Shown here piece by piece: positions 47,757-57,382 of a stretch of DNA of 64,000 bases. The translations under genes and the position numbers were made by a program. Origin of the DNA: Acidobacteriota bacterium (GTDB lineage Bacteria > Acidobacteriota > Polarisedimenticolia > JBFMGF01); NCBI GenBank assembly GCA_040752675.1, contig JBFMGF010000035.1:9852-73851 (forward strand). Reading direction: 5' to 3'. Position 1 is the stretch's first letter. Every line of letters begins with the position of its first letter. The notes under the pieces were generated by a model. That model saw nothing but the letters and a program-made list of their open reading frames with translations. It had not been told where the DNA came from and did no database searches.

Positions 47757-50642
47757 TTAGAATTCGTATGCGATGTAGAAATCGGTGCGGAAACCCGACT
47801 CCGACGATTTGATATCCGTCCTCTTGGAGAACATCCAGTTAAACTGCAGTGGGCCCAGGAAGAAGAAATTGAACCCCAGTCCGTAGGAAGCATGACCATC
47901 TACAAGCCTCTTCTCCTCGCTATCGTAAAAATCGAACTTTCTGTACATGAACGTTTCATGATCGTAGATCCAGCCGTCCTTGAACCAGGCGGTTCCGATG
48001 TCGGCGAAGACGACGCCACGGATGGATCGGATCGCTCCAAAGGGGAATTTCAGCTCATCGATGAGGGGAAATCTAAACTCAAAATTTGTGAAAGCGATTC
48101 TTGTTCCAAAGAACTCCCTGAAATCGTAACCCCGGATCTGGTTCAACCCCCCCACTCCATAAACGTTTGCTCCATCCCCATCGCTGACTATTCCGGCAAG
48201 GCGCCAGGCAAAAAGCGAGCGTGAGGTGATGTGGGCATAGCTCCTGAAATCGATGGAATATTCTTTAAAGGAACGCGCATCTCCCATCGCAGGCGCATAT
48301 GTTGCGGAGACCTCGAATCGCTTCCCGTGATAAGCGCCGAATTCCTTGAAGCGGGTCGTGTCTCCATTGAAGCTGAATCCGACTATGGGGAAAGTCTCCG
48401 AGAACTTGTTCAGATTGACTTCGTCAGTCATGGGATCCCGGGTGGGGTAGATCTGACTTCGGTAGATGACGCCGCCGAACCCTTCCACGCGGTAGTATCG
48501 GTTGAAGGGCCACTGGATGATTCCATGAGCGGCAGATACGCGGGACTCGACCCGGTACAACCCAGTGTAATCCGACAGGACAAAGAAATCATGGAAATCA
48601 AAGACACGGAAGGCATAGTCGAACCGATGCTTCAGATTAAGATAGAGAACATCAAGATTGGAGAAATCCCGGATCGAATAGAACCGTGCTCGGATCCTGT
48701 GGTCCCCGAGGAGATCAGTGAAGATGACATCGGCATTACTCAGGATGCTTCCATCGTTTGCAACGCCGACCGTTATCTCCGGAGCCTCAACATCCCACTT
48801 CAGTCGCCTGTATCGGCTCTTTTTCTCTTCATCGAGGCTGAGCGATAAAGGTGGCTTGAACATTTCTTCTTCAATGGTGGTGCTTGGCTTTTCTTCCTGC
48901 TGGATGATCTCCACGGGTTCCTTGATCTCCATCCTGTAGAGACGGAACGTCCCGCGGAAGAGAGCCGCGAACGTGAGCGCTTCCTTTCCCTCCTGGTCGG
49001 CGATCTGGACAGGCGTGAAGGCGCCGCCAAGAAGGTCGGTGTGCCTTTGCATCTCTCCCGTATCGAGGTTTAGAGAGTAAACGTTGAAGATGCCGTTCGC
49101 GGTTCGATCCGAAGAGAAAAAAACAAGTTTTCCGTTCCTGGAGAAGGATGGCTGGATGTCATTCCCCGGCCCGATTGTCAGTTGAGTCTTTCTCGTCGGG
49201 TCGTCCATGTCAAGGAGAAAGATTTTCTCGTTCTCTCCGACTCTCCGGTTGTAGAGGATCTTCCTGCCATCACTGGAGTAGGAGGGATTCGAATCATAGT
49301 ACTCATCATCGGTGATATTCTTGGTCTCTTTGGTATCGAGATCGATCTGGAAGATATCCCAGACCCCATTCCTGTTCCCGCTGAACAGAATCCGGTTCCC
49401 CTCCGGAGAGAAAGAGGGGGAAGCCCCCATATCGACTTCGAGCTTCAGGTTGTGAACCTTCTCTCCAGTCAGAGCATCGTAGACGAGCAGCGGACGGTAA
49501 TTCTCCTTCCTGACGAAAAAGGAAACGAGGTCTCCCTTCGGCGACCAGGAAAGGTCCTTCTTGCCCGAGAACGCCTCCGTGGTGATGTACTCATAATTGT
49601 TTGTGAATCCCCTGGTTAGATTCCTTACGAGGGAGCCGTCGTTGGCAGAGATGACGACGACATCGAGTTCCTCTTTCGGGTTGGCAAGGGCAGCGACAAG
49701 CTCACCGGAAGGAGAGATCGTTGGTGAGAAGGTAAAAACCTGGGGCTTCTTGAAACCGATTTCTTTTCCGTACTCTCCTGGTTCATTTTTTTCAAGAAGG
49801 ATGGGGAAATATTTCTGTCTCAGATACTTCTGGAATCTCCTGTTGAATTCGTCCATCTCCAACCCGAAGGACTCTTTTATTGCCTTCTGAATGTTGTTGG
49901 TGAGCAAGACCTTCTTGTATTCGTACAGGAAGGTCCTCACTCCCTCTTTCCCGAAGCTCTTCTCCATGAAGTCGAAGATGGCGTGTCCGAAGCGGTAAGT
50001 CAGGAATGATAAGACATTCAGTTTTTCGATCTCCGGGATGATGTTGTTGACGACGGCATCCCGGATGATCATCCGGTCCATGTTGTCTTCATCCTGCGCG
50101 AGGTAGCTTGCCAGGCCTTCGAAGAGCCAGAGGGGAGGCTGGGACCGGATGGCGCGCCCCAGGTTCCCCTCGTAAAAGATGCTGAATTCGAATATGTGGA
50201 CTATCTCATGCGTCAGGACCTTAAACATCCTGTCTCTGGGCGTATCGATCGGGATGACGACCCGGTTCTGGAACGGTTCGGCAAAGGCTCCTACTGCTTC
50301 CGGGATCTCCTGCATCATCACGTTGGTCTGCTCGAATTCGGCATGAGTCTTATAGTAGATAAGGGGAATCTTGAAATTGATCTCGTGGTCGAGGTTTTTG
50401 CTCAACTGCAAGTAGGCGCTCTCCGCGTAGCCTACCATCTCCTGAAGAAACTCCTCTTCTTCCGGGTAGTAGTAGACGTCGAAGTGAGGGGAAGAGTAGT
50501 AATGCCATTCGAACTTCTGATAGGTGATCTTGTTCTTGTAAAAGGAGAGGATCGGATCTGGAAAAACAAGAGAGATGAAAACAAAGACCGACATGAAAAG
50601 CAAGGATCTCCACCATGATTTCATGGGAACCTCCCGGTTCAT
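47757..50642 (-). CDS. Multidomain outer-membrane protein: signal peptide, peptidase-MA-like (HExxH) domain, PD40/TolB-like beta-propeller, and a C-terminal Omp85/D15-type beta-barrel
   Basis: LTHEIVHIFEF (HExxH) followed by LWLFEGLA. Repeated PD40 units (SPSFSPEGNRILFSGNRNGVWDIFQIDLDT, NPSYSSDGRKILYN, QPSFSRNGKLVFFSSDRT). C-terminal GGLNQIRGYDFREF ... FRTDFYIAYEF is typical of Omp85 barrels ending in Phe. Confidence 0.6.
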   Translation of the reverse strand: MNREVPMKSWWRSLLFMSVFVFISLVFPDPILSFYKNKITYQKFEWHYYSSPHFDVYYYPEEEEFLQEMVGYAESAYLQLSKNLDHEINFKIPLIYYKTHAEFEQTNVMMQEIPEAVGAFAEPFQNRVVIPIDTPRDRMFKVLTHEIVHIFEFSIFYEGNLGRAIRSQPPLWLFEGLASYLAQDEDNMDRMIIRDAVVNNIIPEIEKLNVLSFLTYRFGHAIFDFMEKSFGKEGVRTFLYEYKKVLLTNNIQKAIKESFGLEMDEFNRRFQKYLRQKYFPILLEKNEPGEYGKEIGFKKPQVFTFSPTISPSGELVAALANPKEELDVVVISANDGSLVRNLTRGFTNNYEYITTEAFSGKKDLSWSPKGDLVSFFVRKENYRPLLVYDALTGEKVHNLKLEVDMGASPSFSPEGNRILFSGNRNGVWDIFQIDLDTKETKNITDDEYYDSNPSYSSDGRKILYNRRVGENEKIFLLDMDDPTRKTQLTIGPGNDIQPSFSRNGKLVFFSSDRTANGIFNVYSLNLDTGEMQRHTDLLGGAFTPVQIADQEGKEALTFAALFRGTFRLYRMEIKEPVEIIQQEEKPSTTIEEEMFKPPLSLSLDEEKKSRYRRLKWDVEAPEITVGVANDGSILSNADVIFTDLLGDHRIRARFYSIRDFSNLDVLYLNLKHRFDYAFRVFDFHDFFVLSDYTGLYRVESRVSAAHGIIQWPFNRYYRVEGFGGVIYRSQIYPTRDPMTDEVNLNKFSETFPIVGFSFNGDTTRFKEFGAYHGKRFEVSATYAPAMGDARSFKEYSIDFRSYAHITSRSLFAWRLAGIVSDGDGANVYGVGGLNQIRGYDFREFFGTRIAFTNFEFRFPLIDELKFPFGAIRSIRGVVFADIGTAWFKDGWIYDHETFMYRKFDFYDSEEKRLVDGHASYGLGFNFFFLGPLQFNWMFSKRTDIKSSESGFRTDFYIAYEF

Positions 50643-51352
50643 TCGAAGAAGATAAATCGCTGCTCCTCCCTTGATTGAGGTGTGACGATTCCCGCGATCT
50701 CATCTTTGATACGGTCGTTGAAGTCATAGAAGACCTGAAGGGCATCGTTCGATGTCCCCTCGAAGATCGCGCTGTCGGAGAAATTGTCCTCATAGAGGAA
50801 GGCGCCGTTCAAACCTCTAAAGAAGAAGAGAGAGAATTCCATCTTGAACTCCTCTCTCTCCGCGTAAACGGTCCGCCGCACCTTCTGCCCCGTGACAGTG
50901 TTGATGTCGTCTCTGTTCACGAAGCCGGAGCGGTTGACCGAATGAAAGTCGATAGTTCCTGACAGGATGAGATTGGCATCGTACTCCTCTCCGAGGTGCT
51001 TCCAGAACTGGTAATTGTTCTTGATCTCCTCAACAGTCTGCTCGGGGAGGCTCGGCGGTGGTACATCCAGGATTGTGAAGTTCCCCTTCTTCCGGAGCTC
51101 GCTCTTCAGGAGCCGGACGATCTCACGGTTGACGTCGAAATCGATGTTTGTGCCGGTGATGAAACTGGCCACGAGTATCTTCTTGACTCCATCCGTGCTT
51201 ATCTTCGGAGGTACCGGAATCTTCACCTGGACTTTGATGGCTTCTCCAAGAGAAGGACTAATTGCCAGGGTCAGGATGAAAAGCATCAGGGGGAGAAGCA
51301 TCGTGAGACATTTTTTCATGAGATCCTTTTCCCGTCGTTTTAAAATCTGCAT
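50639..51352 (-). CDS. Secreted hypothetical protein (signal peptide, no lipobox Cys after it)
   Basis: MKKCLTMLLPLMLFILTLAISPSLGEA signal peptide. Translationally coupled to the downstream 961-aa gene (overlap 50639..50642). The true start is probably the internal MKKC near 51319. Confidence 0.4.
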   Translation of the reverse strand: MQILKRREKDLMKKCLTMLLPLMLFILTLAISPSLGEAIKVQVKIPVPPKISTDGVKKILVASFITGTNIDFDVNREIVRLLKSELRKKGNFTILDVPPPSLPEQTVEEIKNNYQFWKHLGEEYDANLILSGTIDFHSVNRSGFVNRDDINTVTGQKVRRTVYAEREEFKMEFSLFFFRGLNGAFLYEDNFSDSAIFEGTSNDALQVFYDFNDRIKDEIAGIVTPQSREEQRFIFFE

Positions 51353-51695
51353 AGAATTTCATGAAGAGGTTGTAATTTTGTTTCACAATCTTGTCATTTT
51401 TCCCCAGGCTCAGGGCTTTGCTGTATTCCTTTTCCGCTTCCTCGTATCTTCCAAGGGCTTCACATGCGACGGCTAGGTTGTTGTGCAGCCGGTAGTTCTC
51501 AGGCTCTAATGCGAGGGCCTTTTCCCAGCGATAGATGGCTTCCCTCCAGTTCCCTTTCCGGGCCATTTCGGCTCCGAATCTCATCTGACTTTTCACATCG
51601 GCGGTATTCATATTGCTTGAAGAGGTGAGGGACAAGGTTAGAAAGAATAAGAATATGAGGAGCGCTTTTCTCATAAATGGCCTGTGGAAGTTCAA
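51258..51695 (-). CDS. Small secreted TPR-repeat protein
   Basis: Signal peptide followed by two or three TPR motifs (WREAIYRWEKALALEPENYRLHNNLAVACEALGRYEEAEKEYSKAL). Confidence 0.5.
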   Translation of the reverse strand: MNFHRPFMRKALLIFLFFLTLSLTSSSNMNTADVKSQMRFGAEMARKGNWREAIYRWEKALALEPENYRLHNNLAVACEALGRYEEAEKEYSKALSLGKNDKIVKQNYNLFMKFYADFKTTGKGSHEKMSHDASPPDAFHPDPGN

Positions 51696-51990
51696 GTATA
51701 AATAAGAATAGCCAAATTTTCAAATGTCATGCGTTGATATTTATGAAACCTTGATGTAATATCATCGTTCGATATGAAGGAATGTTTCGGGAAAATCATC
51801 AAGGATTCGAAGAAGATGGAGGAATGCCGGTGGTGTGAATTTCTCGAAGAATGCAAGGCAATCAACTGGCAGATATCGACTTCCGAAGATGAACAGCCGA
51901 ATGCCGAAGATGCTTCCGATGGCATCCAGGATCATTCCTCCATAAGCGGGTAGCCGGCAGCGATTTTTTAACTGAATCCGGAATTTTTTC

Positions 51991-53118
51991 ATGGAAGGAG
52001 AGGTGGCTATGAGGAAAAAGATGATTGCCAAATGGTTGGTGCTTGCTCTTCTCTGCTTAGCTTTTCTGTCCTCGGCAACGGCACAGTACGGATACAGGGA
52101 AGACAAAGGTGGGTTTTCGTTCAGGGTCGAAGGATGGTGGGTTACTCCCACCGGAATGGGCTTCGATGTCGCCACGTTGAATGAGGACTGGGTCATTGAT
52201 GCCAATGCCCGCGGCGGCGGGGATGTCCTGGATGTCACATTTGAAAGCAAATTTTCCGAAAGGGCGACCATGGGCTGGGATTTCGGCGAGGACCTCGGCA
52301 GCCTGATGGTCTCCTACTGGAATTACGATGAAGGGTCCTCTCTCTCCAGGTCGGGCGATCCTCGCAGTTACATAATCGGCGAGCTTCTTGTGCATCCCTA
52401 TTACTCCGGTCAGGGCTTCTACGATCCAGATTTTTTCTATGACACGGGAAGAGCCGATGCCGTCGACAGCATGGCCAGCATCGAGACGACCCTCATCGAT
52501 CTTGATTTTTCCAGGAACTTCTCCTTCGATCAGAAATTTAGCGGAAGCTGGAGAATCGGTTTGAGAAGTTTCAAATATGAGCATTCTTTCGAGACGGATT
52601 ATCTGGGCGACCCGATGGTAGCCGATGCAAAGGTGCTTCTCGATGTCGTTTCGGAGACTATTTCATCCGATGGGGTAGGCCCCAGGGTCGGGATCTCCGG
52701 AGGCTACTCTTTCTCGAATTATTTTTCCATGTATGGCGGCCTTGATGTCTCTTTCATCCCGGGAAAGATTGATTCCACCTACATCTCCCACAATGATCTG
52801 GAGGCCTGGGATCCGGAAGCCGGCGATGAGTGGGGCCCCTTCCTTTTCAGATTGTCGAGAGAAGACAGGGATGAGAACTTCCTCATCTATGACTTCGATG
52901 CTGGTTTCAAGCTGGCAATCGCACAGAAGCTGAATCTCTTCATAGGCTACAGATTCACGAAGATGGAGAACGTCATCTACCGGATGAGATTCGCTCCTGA
53001 TAAGGATTGGTATTCGGGTGCTGGAGTCGATCTCTATGCTAACTGGGATGCTGCAACGAACAACCAGCCGGACCTGAACTTCGCAGGGCTATACTTCGGC
53101 ATCGGTTATAAATTCTAA
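51991..53118 (+). CDS. Outer-membrane beta-barrel protein (hypothetical), paralog A
   Basis: Signal peptide (true start probably MRKKMIAKWLVLALLCLAFLSSATA at 52009). Ends GIGYKF. Shares SGSW..GLR and F[IV]GY[KR] blocks with the convergent paralog. Confidence 0.5.
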   Translation: MEGEVAMRKKMIAKWLVLALLCLAFLSSATAQYGYREDKGGFSFRVEGWWVTPTGMGFDVATLNEDWVIDANARGGGDVLDVTFESKFSERATMGWDFGEDLGSLMVSYWNYDEGSSLSRSGDPRSYIIGELLVHPYYSGQGFYDPDFFYDTGRADAVDSMASIETTLIDLDFSRNFSFDQKFSGSWRIGLRSFKYEHSFETDYLGDPMVADAKVLLDVVSETISSDGVGPRVGISGGYSFSNYFSMYGGLDVSFIPGKIDSTYISHNDLEAWDPEAGDEWGPFLFRLSREDRDENFLIYDFDAGFKLAIAQKLNLFIGYRFTKMENVIYRMRFAPDKDWYSGAGVDLYANWDAATNNQPDLNFAGLYFGIGYKF

Positions 53119-53136
53119 GTTGACGCTCATCACGGG

Positions 53137-53190
53137 AAGCCGATGCTGCAGGTAAGCTATGATGAGCATCGGCTTTTGATCTCTTGTCTC
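53137..53190. terminator. Bidirectional Rho-independent terminator between convergent OMP paralogs
   Basis: 11-bp stem AAGCCGATGCT (53137..53147) / AGCATCGGCTT (53165..53175), then TTTTGATCTCTTGTCTC. Confidence 0.55.
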
Positions 53191-53203
53191 GATTCCCCTT
53201 GCC

Positions 53204-54301
53204 TCAGAACTGGTAAGACAATCCGATGTAAGGAACTCCATAGGAAATATCATCTAACACATAAGAGACGAAAAGACCATATGGAGCATTTTCTTTCGGA
53301 GTGGGAAGTACTATCAGATTCGGGTTGAGAAAAACATCGCGGAAGTGAGCCAGTTTATAACCCACAAAGAGATATAGCTCCTGGACGATTCTGACCTTTG
53401 CGTTGAGGTCGACCATGTCGAACCAGTAGGTCTTGTCACGCTTTTCCGAAAATGGAAAATCCTCGTAAGTCCGTATGATGTTGTAGGACTCATCGTAAGA
53501 ATCTCTAATCCGTGTGATGTAATGGGTTGGAAGATCGTTCTCGCCAACGGTCATGGATACATCAAGAGCCGCGGAGAGAACCAGTCTCTTACGAAAGAGG
53601 TGGTATAGAAGCTTAATTCCACCCTTGATCCCGACGGATGAACTTTCCTGGTTGAGCAGGAGAGGCGTCGGGCTGAAGATGGGAATGTAGGAGTCGGGGC
53701 TATCAGGGCTGATATATGGAAAATAATATCCTATGGGAACCGTTTGTTCATGCTTCATCCATCTCAATCCAGTATTCCACGATCCACTGATTTTCCTCGT
53801 TTTACCAAAATCTTTAGAAAAGGCGGCATCGACAACCCTCGTCTCCATTCCAAGATCATCATCTATCATCTTGATGAGATAATTGGCGACTCCATCGGAA
53901 TAATCATAATCCCAGTTTGGATCATACCATTCATCGGGGACCAGTTGATCGCTGATAATGAGTGAGTGATTGATGACGGTGTCGCTGTTATTCTCCTTAA
54001 AATCGTAGTACGAGGCAATGATCTTTCCTTTATCTCTCGGAAACTTCCATCCCAGCGTGACCATCTGCAGTGAAATCTCTTCGATTTCTGTATCGCTCGT
54101 GGATGCTCCCACCCCTTTAAAGGATATATTAGTATCGTAGGTATCAGTGACCTCATAAGGCCAAACACCGGCGTTCTCACCCTGACCGAAGCTAAATTCC
54201 AGATAGGCAGGGAATGGTTTCTTTTCTTGGGCAAAGGAGGCGGTGGAAAAGAAGAGAGCCAGCCACGAAAAAGCGACCAAACAAATTTTTATACTGTTCA
54301 A
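53204..54301 (-). CDS. Outer-membrane beta-barrel protein (hypothetical), paralog B
   Basis: Signal peptide (SWLALFFSTASFAQE), ends YIGLSYQF. Shared blocks with paralog A (SGSWNTGLRWMKHEQ vs SGSWRIGLRSFKYEH; FVGYKLAHFRDV vs FIGYRFTKMENV). Confidence 0.5.
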   Translation of the reverse strand: MNSIKICLVAFSWLALFFSTASFAQEKKPFPAYLEFSFGQGENAGVWPYEVTDTYDTNISFKGVGASTSDTEIEEISLQMVTLGWKFPRDKGKIIASYYDFKENNSDTVINHSLIISDQLVPDEWYDPNWDYDYSDGVANYLIKMIDDDLGMETRVVDAAFSKDFGKTRKISGSWNTGLRWMKHEQTVPIGYYFPYISPDSPDSYIPIFSPTPLLLNQESSSVGIKGGIKLLYHLFRKRLVLSAALDVSMTVGENDLPTHYITRIRDSYDESYNIIRTYEDFPFSEKRDKTYWFDMVDLNAKVRIVQELYLFVGYKLAHFRDVFLNPNLIVLPTPKENAPYGLFVSYVLDDISYGVPYIGLSYQF

Positions 54302-54418
54302 TATAATCTCCTTTAATGCCTATGGTTCTTATGCCCGTTAAAAAGATATATCTATATAAGTTAATCTGCGAAAATTGTCAAGGGAAAAAGCTCTTGAAGA
54401 AGCTCTCCAGCGCAATAG

Positions 54419-56323
54419 ATGCTGCAAGAATGCAGATGCGGCATCGTCAAAGTCCTCTTTCTTGATTTTTTAAAAAAGTTTATTATATGCACGAAACGAA
54501 GATTCGGAAAGGGGGCAAGTCCTCTGAAGACACTCGCAGAGATACCCTTGAAACTCCAAAGGGATTTCGGTCAGAAAATCGTTCTCATAAGCAAGAGGGG
54601 TGAAGCCTGGAAAGGGATATCCTCTCAGGAGTTCTGTCAGAAGGTGGAAGATCTTGCACTGAAGCTTCTTTCCCTTGGAGTTCAACAGAGAGACAGGATC
54701 GCAATTCTCGCGGAGAATTGCCCGGAATGGGTAATCACCGATCATGCCATTATGAGCTGTGGTGCGATCACGGTCCCGCTGCATGCGGTCCTACCGGCGG
54801 ACCAGGTGCACTTCATTCTGGAAAACAGCGAAGCAACGGGACTCTTCCTGGCCGGTTCCAGAGACGTGAAGAAGATGAAATCGATCCTTGAATCGCTCCC
54901 CCGGCTTCGATGGATCATACTTTTCGAAGATGCCGATCCTTCGGCAGGATATCAGTCTATCGAAAAAGCATATCAGGAAGGGAGCTCTCTTGGTAGCAGC
55001 CTGTATATTGAATTGGAGAAGAGGAGGTCTGCCATCGATCCGGACGAGATAGCCAGCATTATCTATACCTCAGGAACAACGGGCGTTCCAAAGGGAGTGA
55101 TGCTGAGCCACCGGAATTTCCTTTCCAACGTTGAGGATATCATTGGGCTGGTGAACTTTGGTTCCGAAGATGTGGGGCTTTCCCTTTTGCCGCTGAGCCA
55201 CGTTATGGAGAGGATGGCAAGCTATGTCTATCTTTCCAGAGGAGCTACTATCGCTTTTGCCACCTCCTACGAGACTCTCCAGAGTGACTTCAAGGAAGTA
55301 AGGCCTACCGTCGCCGTTGTCGTCCCCCGCATCTTAGAAGTTATGCAGGGGAAAATCCTCTCGAGGATTCACGCTTCCTTCTTCCTGAAGAGAGTCCTCT
55401 TTGGATGGGGCCTGAAGATCGGGACGTCGAGAGGGAGGTTCCTTCTTGAGAAAATGAGGCCACCGTTTTATCTTTCAATGCCGTACGCAATCTTCAGTGG
55501 GCTGGCATTCAGAAAATTGCACAGGTCTCTCGGGGGGAGGTTTCGATTCTTCATATCGGGAGGTGCCCCCCTTTCACCAGAGCTGGGTATGTTTTTCTTC
55601 GCTCTGGGAGTGCCTATCTATGAGGGATACGGGCTGACTGAAACCTCTCCGGTTATTTCCATCAATGCTCCAGAAGCACTGAGGTTTGGAACTGTCGGCC
55701 GAATCCTGAAAAGAATCAAAGTAAGGATATCAGAAGATGGGGAAATTCTGGTCAGGGGCCCCAATGTCATGAAGGGTTACTACGGGAATGAGAAGGCCAC
55801 AGACGAAGCATTTCAGGAAGGCTGGTTCAAAACAGGAGACACGGGATATATTGAGGATGGCTTCCTCACCATCGGGGAGAGGAAAAAAGACATCATCGTG
55901 ACATCCTCCGGAAAGAACATTGCCCCTCAGCGTATCGAGGGCTTTCTGAAAAATTCGCCTCTGATCAACAATGTGGTTGTCTTTGGCGATTCCAGGAGTT
56001 ATATTTCTGCCCTGATCGTTCCAGATTTCAAGAGGCTCGGAAACGAAGCGTCCCGGTTGGGAATCAGCTTGGAGAGATCGGGTCGGGTCATCAATGATGA
56101 AAAGCTCATCGACCTCTTTAGAAAAGAGATATTCAACGTGACCAGATCACTGGCGAGCTACGAGAAGATCAGAAAGTTTATCCTTCTGGGAGAAGAGTTT
56201 ACAATAGACAGGGGTGAGCTGACTCCTACTCTGAAGGTGAGGAGGAACGTCATTTACGATCGATACAAGGATATAATTGAATCCATGTATGAGAGAAGAT
56301 CAACGCTTGATGGAGAAGAATAG
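54419..56323 (+). CDS. Long-chain fatty acid--CoA ligase (AMP-binding, FadD-like)
   Basis: AMP-binding motif IYTSGTTGVPKGV, plus YGLTETS and GWFKTGD. The annotated start is probably too far upstream. Confidence 0.85.
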   Translation: MLQECRCGIVKVLFLDFLKKFIICTKRRFGKGASPLKTLAEIPLKLQRDFGQKIVLISKRGEAWKGISSQEFCQKVEDLALKLLSLGVQQRDRIAILAENCPEWVITDHAIMSCGAITVPLHAVLPADQVHFILENSEATGLFLAGSRDVKKMKSILESLPRLRWIILFEDADPSAGYQSIEKAYQEGSSLGSSLYIELEKRRSAIDPDEIASIIYTSGTTGVPKGVMLSHRNFLSNVEDIIGLVNFGSEDVGLSLLPLSHVMERMASYVYLSRGATIAFATSYETLQSDFKEVRPTVAVVVPRILEVMQGKILSRIHASFFLKRVLFGWGLKIGTSRGRFLLEKMRPPFYLSMPYAIFSGLAFRKLHRSLGGRFRFFISGGAPLSPELGMFFFALGVPIYEGYGLTETSPVISINAPEALRFGTVGRILKRIKVRISEDGEILVRGPNVMKGYYGNEKATDEAFQEGWFKTGDTGYIEDGFLTIGERKKDIIVTSSGKNIAPQRIEGFLKNSPLINNVVVFGDSRSYISALIVPDFKRLGNEASRLGISLERSGRVINDEKLIDLFRKEIFNVTRSLASYEKIRKFILLGEEFTIDRGELTPTLKVRRNVIYDRYKDIIESMYERRSTLDGEE

Positions 56324-57305
56324 CGAAATGAAAAGAAAAGAAAAACTTCTGCTTGGAATTTTGCTTGTTGCGGCCTTGATGGCTGCTTTCTTTCTGATTG
56401 GTGCTTCCGAGCCAACACAGGATAAAAGGAAAGCAAACACAGAGACTATCCAAACGGGATATGTGGAAAAGGCTGATGTTAGGCTCGTCACTCTCCGGGC
56501 CATTGTGAAGGATAAGAAGGGCAGGATCGTGACAAACCTCAAAAAGGAGGAGTTCAAGCTCTTTGAAGATTACATGCCGCAGAAGATCACCCATTTCATC
56601 GTGGATACCGATGAGCCGATCAGCGTCGCCTTCCTCCTCGATGTCAGCGGAAGCATGAGACTCCTGGACAGGATCGAAGAGGCCAAAGAAGCCATCAGGT
56701 ACTTTGTTAACACTTTGAGGAAGGACGATCGATTCGCTCTTTATATCTTTGCCGATGGTCAATCCGAGCTTGTCCTTGATTTCACCGAAGACAAGGAGAA
56801 ATTTCTGTCTGTCCTGCAACCGATCTATGCGTACGGACAGACGGCACTGCACGACGCCGTTGCGGTGACGCCCGAACTGGTCGACCACAATAGCAAGGGA
56901 AGAAAGGCCATCATCCTTATATCCGACGGTGAGGACAACTTCAGCCGGCTTACTATAGATCAGGCCATCGTGATGGCAAAGGCAGTGGACATTCCAATCT
57001 ATACTATAGCCTTTGCCGATCTTCCCGAAAAGGTCGTGGGCAAAAAGGAACCTGTTCCGGTGAAGGTGGATATCCTCTCCAGATTTTCTCAAGAGACAGG
57101 CGGGCTGCTCTTCCGGGTTGAGGACCCGGACGAACTCAAGGAAGCATGCGCGCAGATCGAGTACGAGCTCAGGCATCAGTATATCATCGCTTATTCTCCT
57201 AGGAGGGTCTTCTGGGAAGGAGAGTATCGAAAGCTGAAGCTTGAGGCGACCAGGGAGGGTCTCACCATCAGAACAAGAAAAGGCTATCTCGCCAAGGCTA
57301 AATAG
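56277..57305 (+). CDS. Membrane-anchored von Willebrand factor A (VWA) domain protein
   Basis: N-terminal TM (LLLGILLVAALMAAFFLIGAS) and MIDAS DxSxS in FLLDVSGSM. The likely start MKRKEK lies near 56325, directly after the ligase stop. Confidence 0.7.
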   Translation: MNPCMREDQRLMEKNSEMKRKEKLLLGILLVAALMAAFFLIGASEPTQDKRKANTETIQTGYVEKADVRLVTLRAIVKDKKGRIVTNLKKEEFKLFEDYMPQKITHFIVDTDEPISVAFLLDVSGSMRLLDRIEEAKEAIRYFVNTLRKDDRFALYIFADGQSELVLDFTEDKEKFLSVLQPIYAYGQTALHDAVAVTPELVDHNSKGRKAIILISDGEDNFSRLTIDQAIVMAKAVDIPIYTIAFADLPEKVVGKKEPVPVKVDILSRFSQETGGLLFRVEDPDELKEACAQIEYELRHQYIIAYSPRRVFWEGEYRKLKLEATREGLTIRTRKGYLAKAK

Positions 57306-57382
57306 AGAGGTCTTGGTTGCGTCACACGAAATAACTCCACGCCAATTGATTCGAAAACTGATGAGCCACACCATAGAATGAG

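Noticed and set aside
51258-51352. 95-bp overlap between the TPR gene and the 237-aa gene
   Set aside because: It is most likely an artefact of choosing the longest ORF. The 237-aa protein has a clean signal peptide starting at an internal Met (MKKCLTMLLPLM), which removes most of the overlap. Not taken as evidence of a frameshift or pseudogene.
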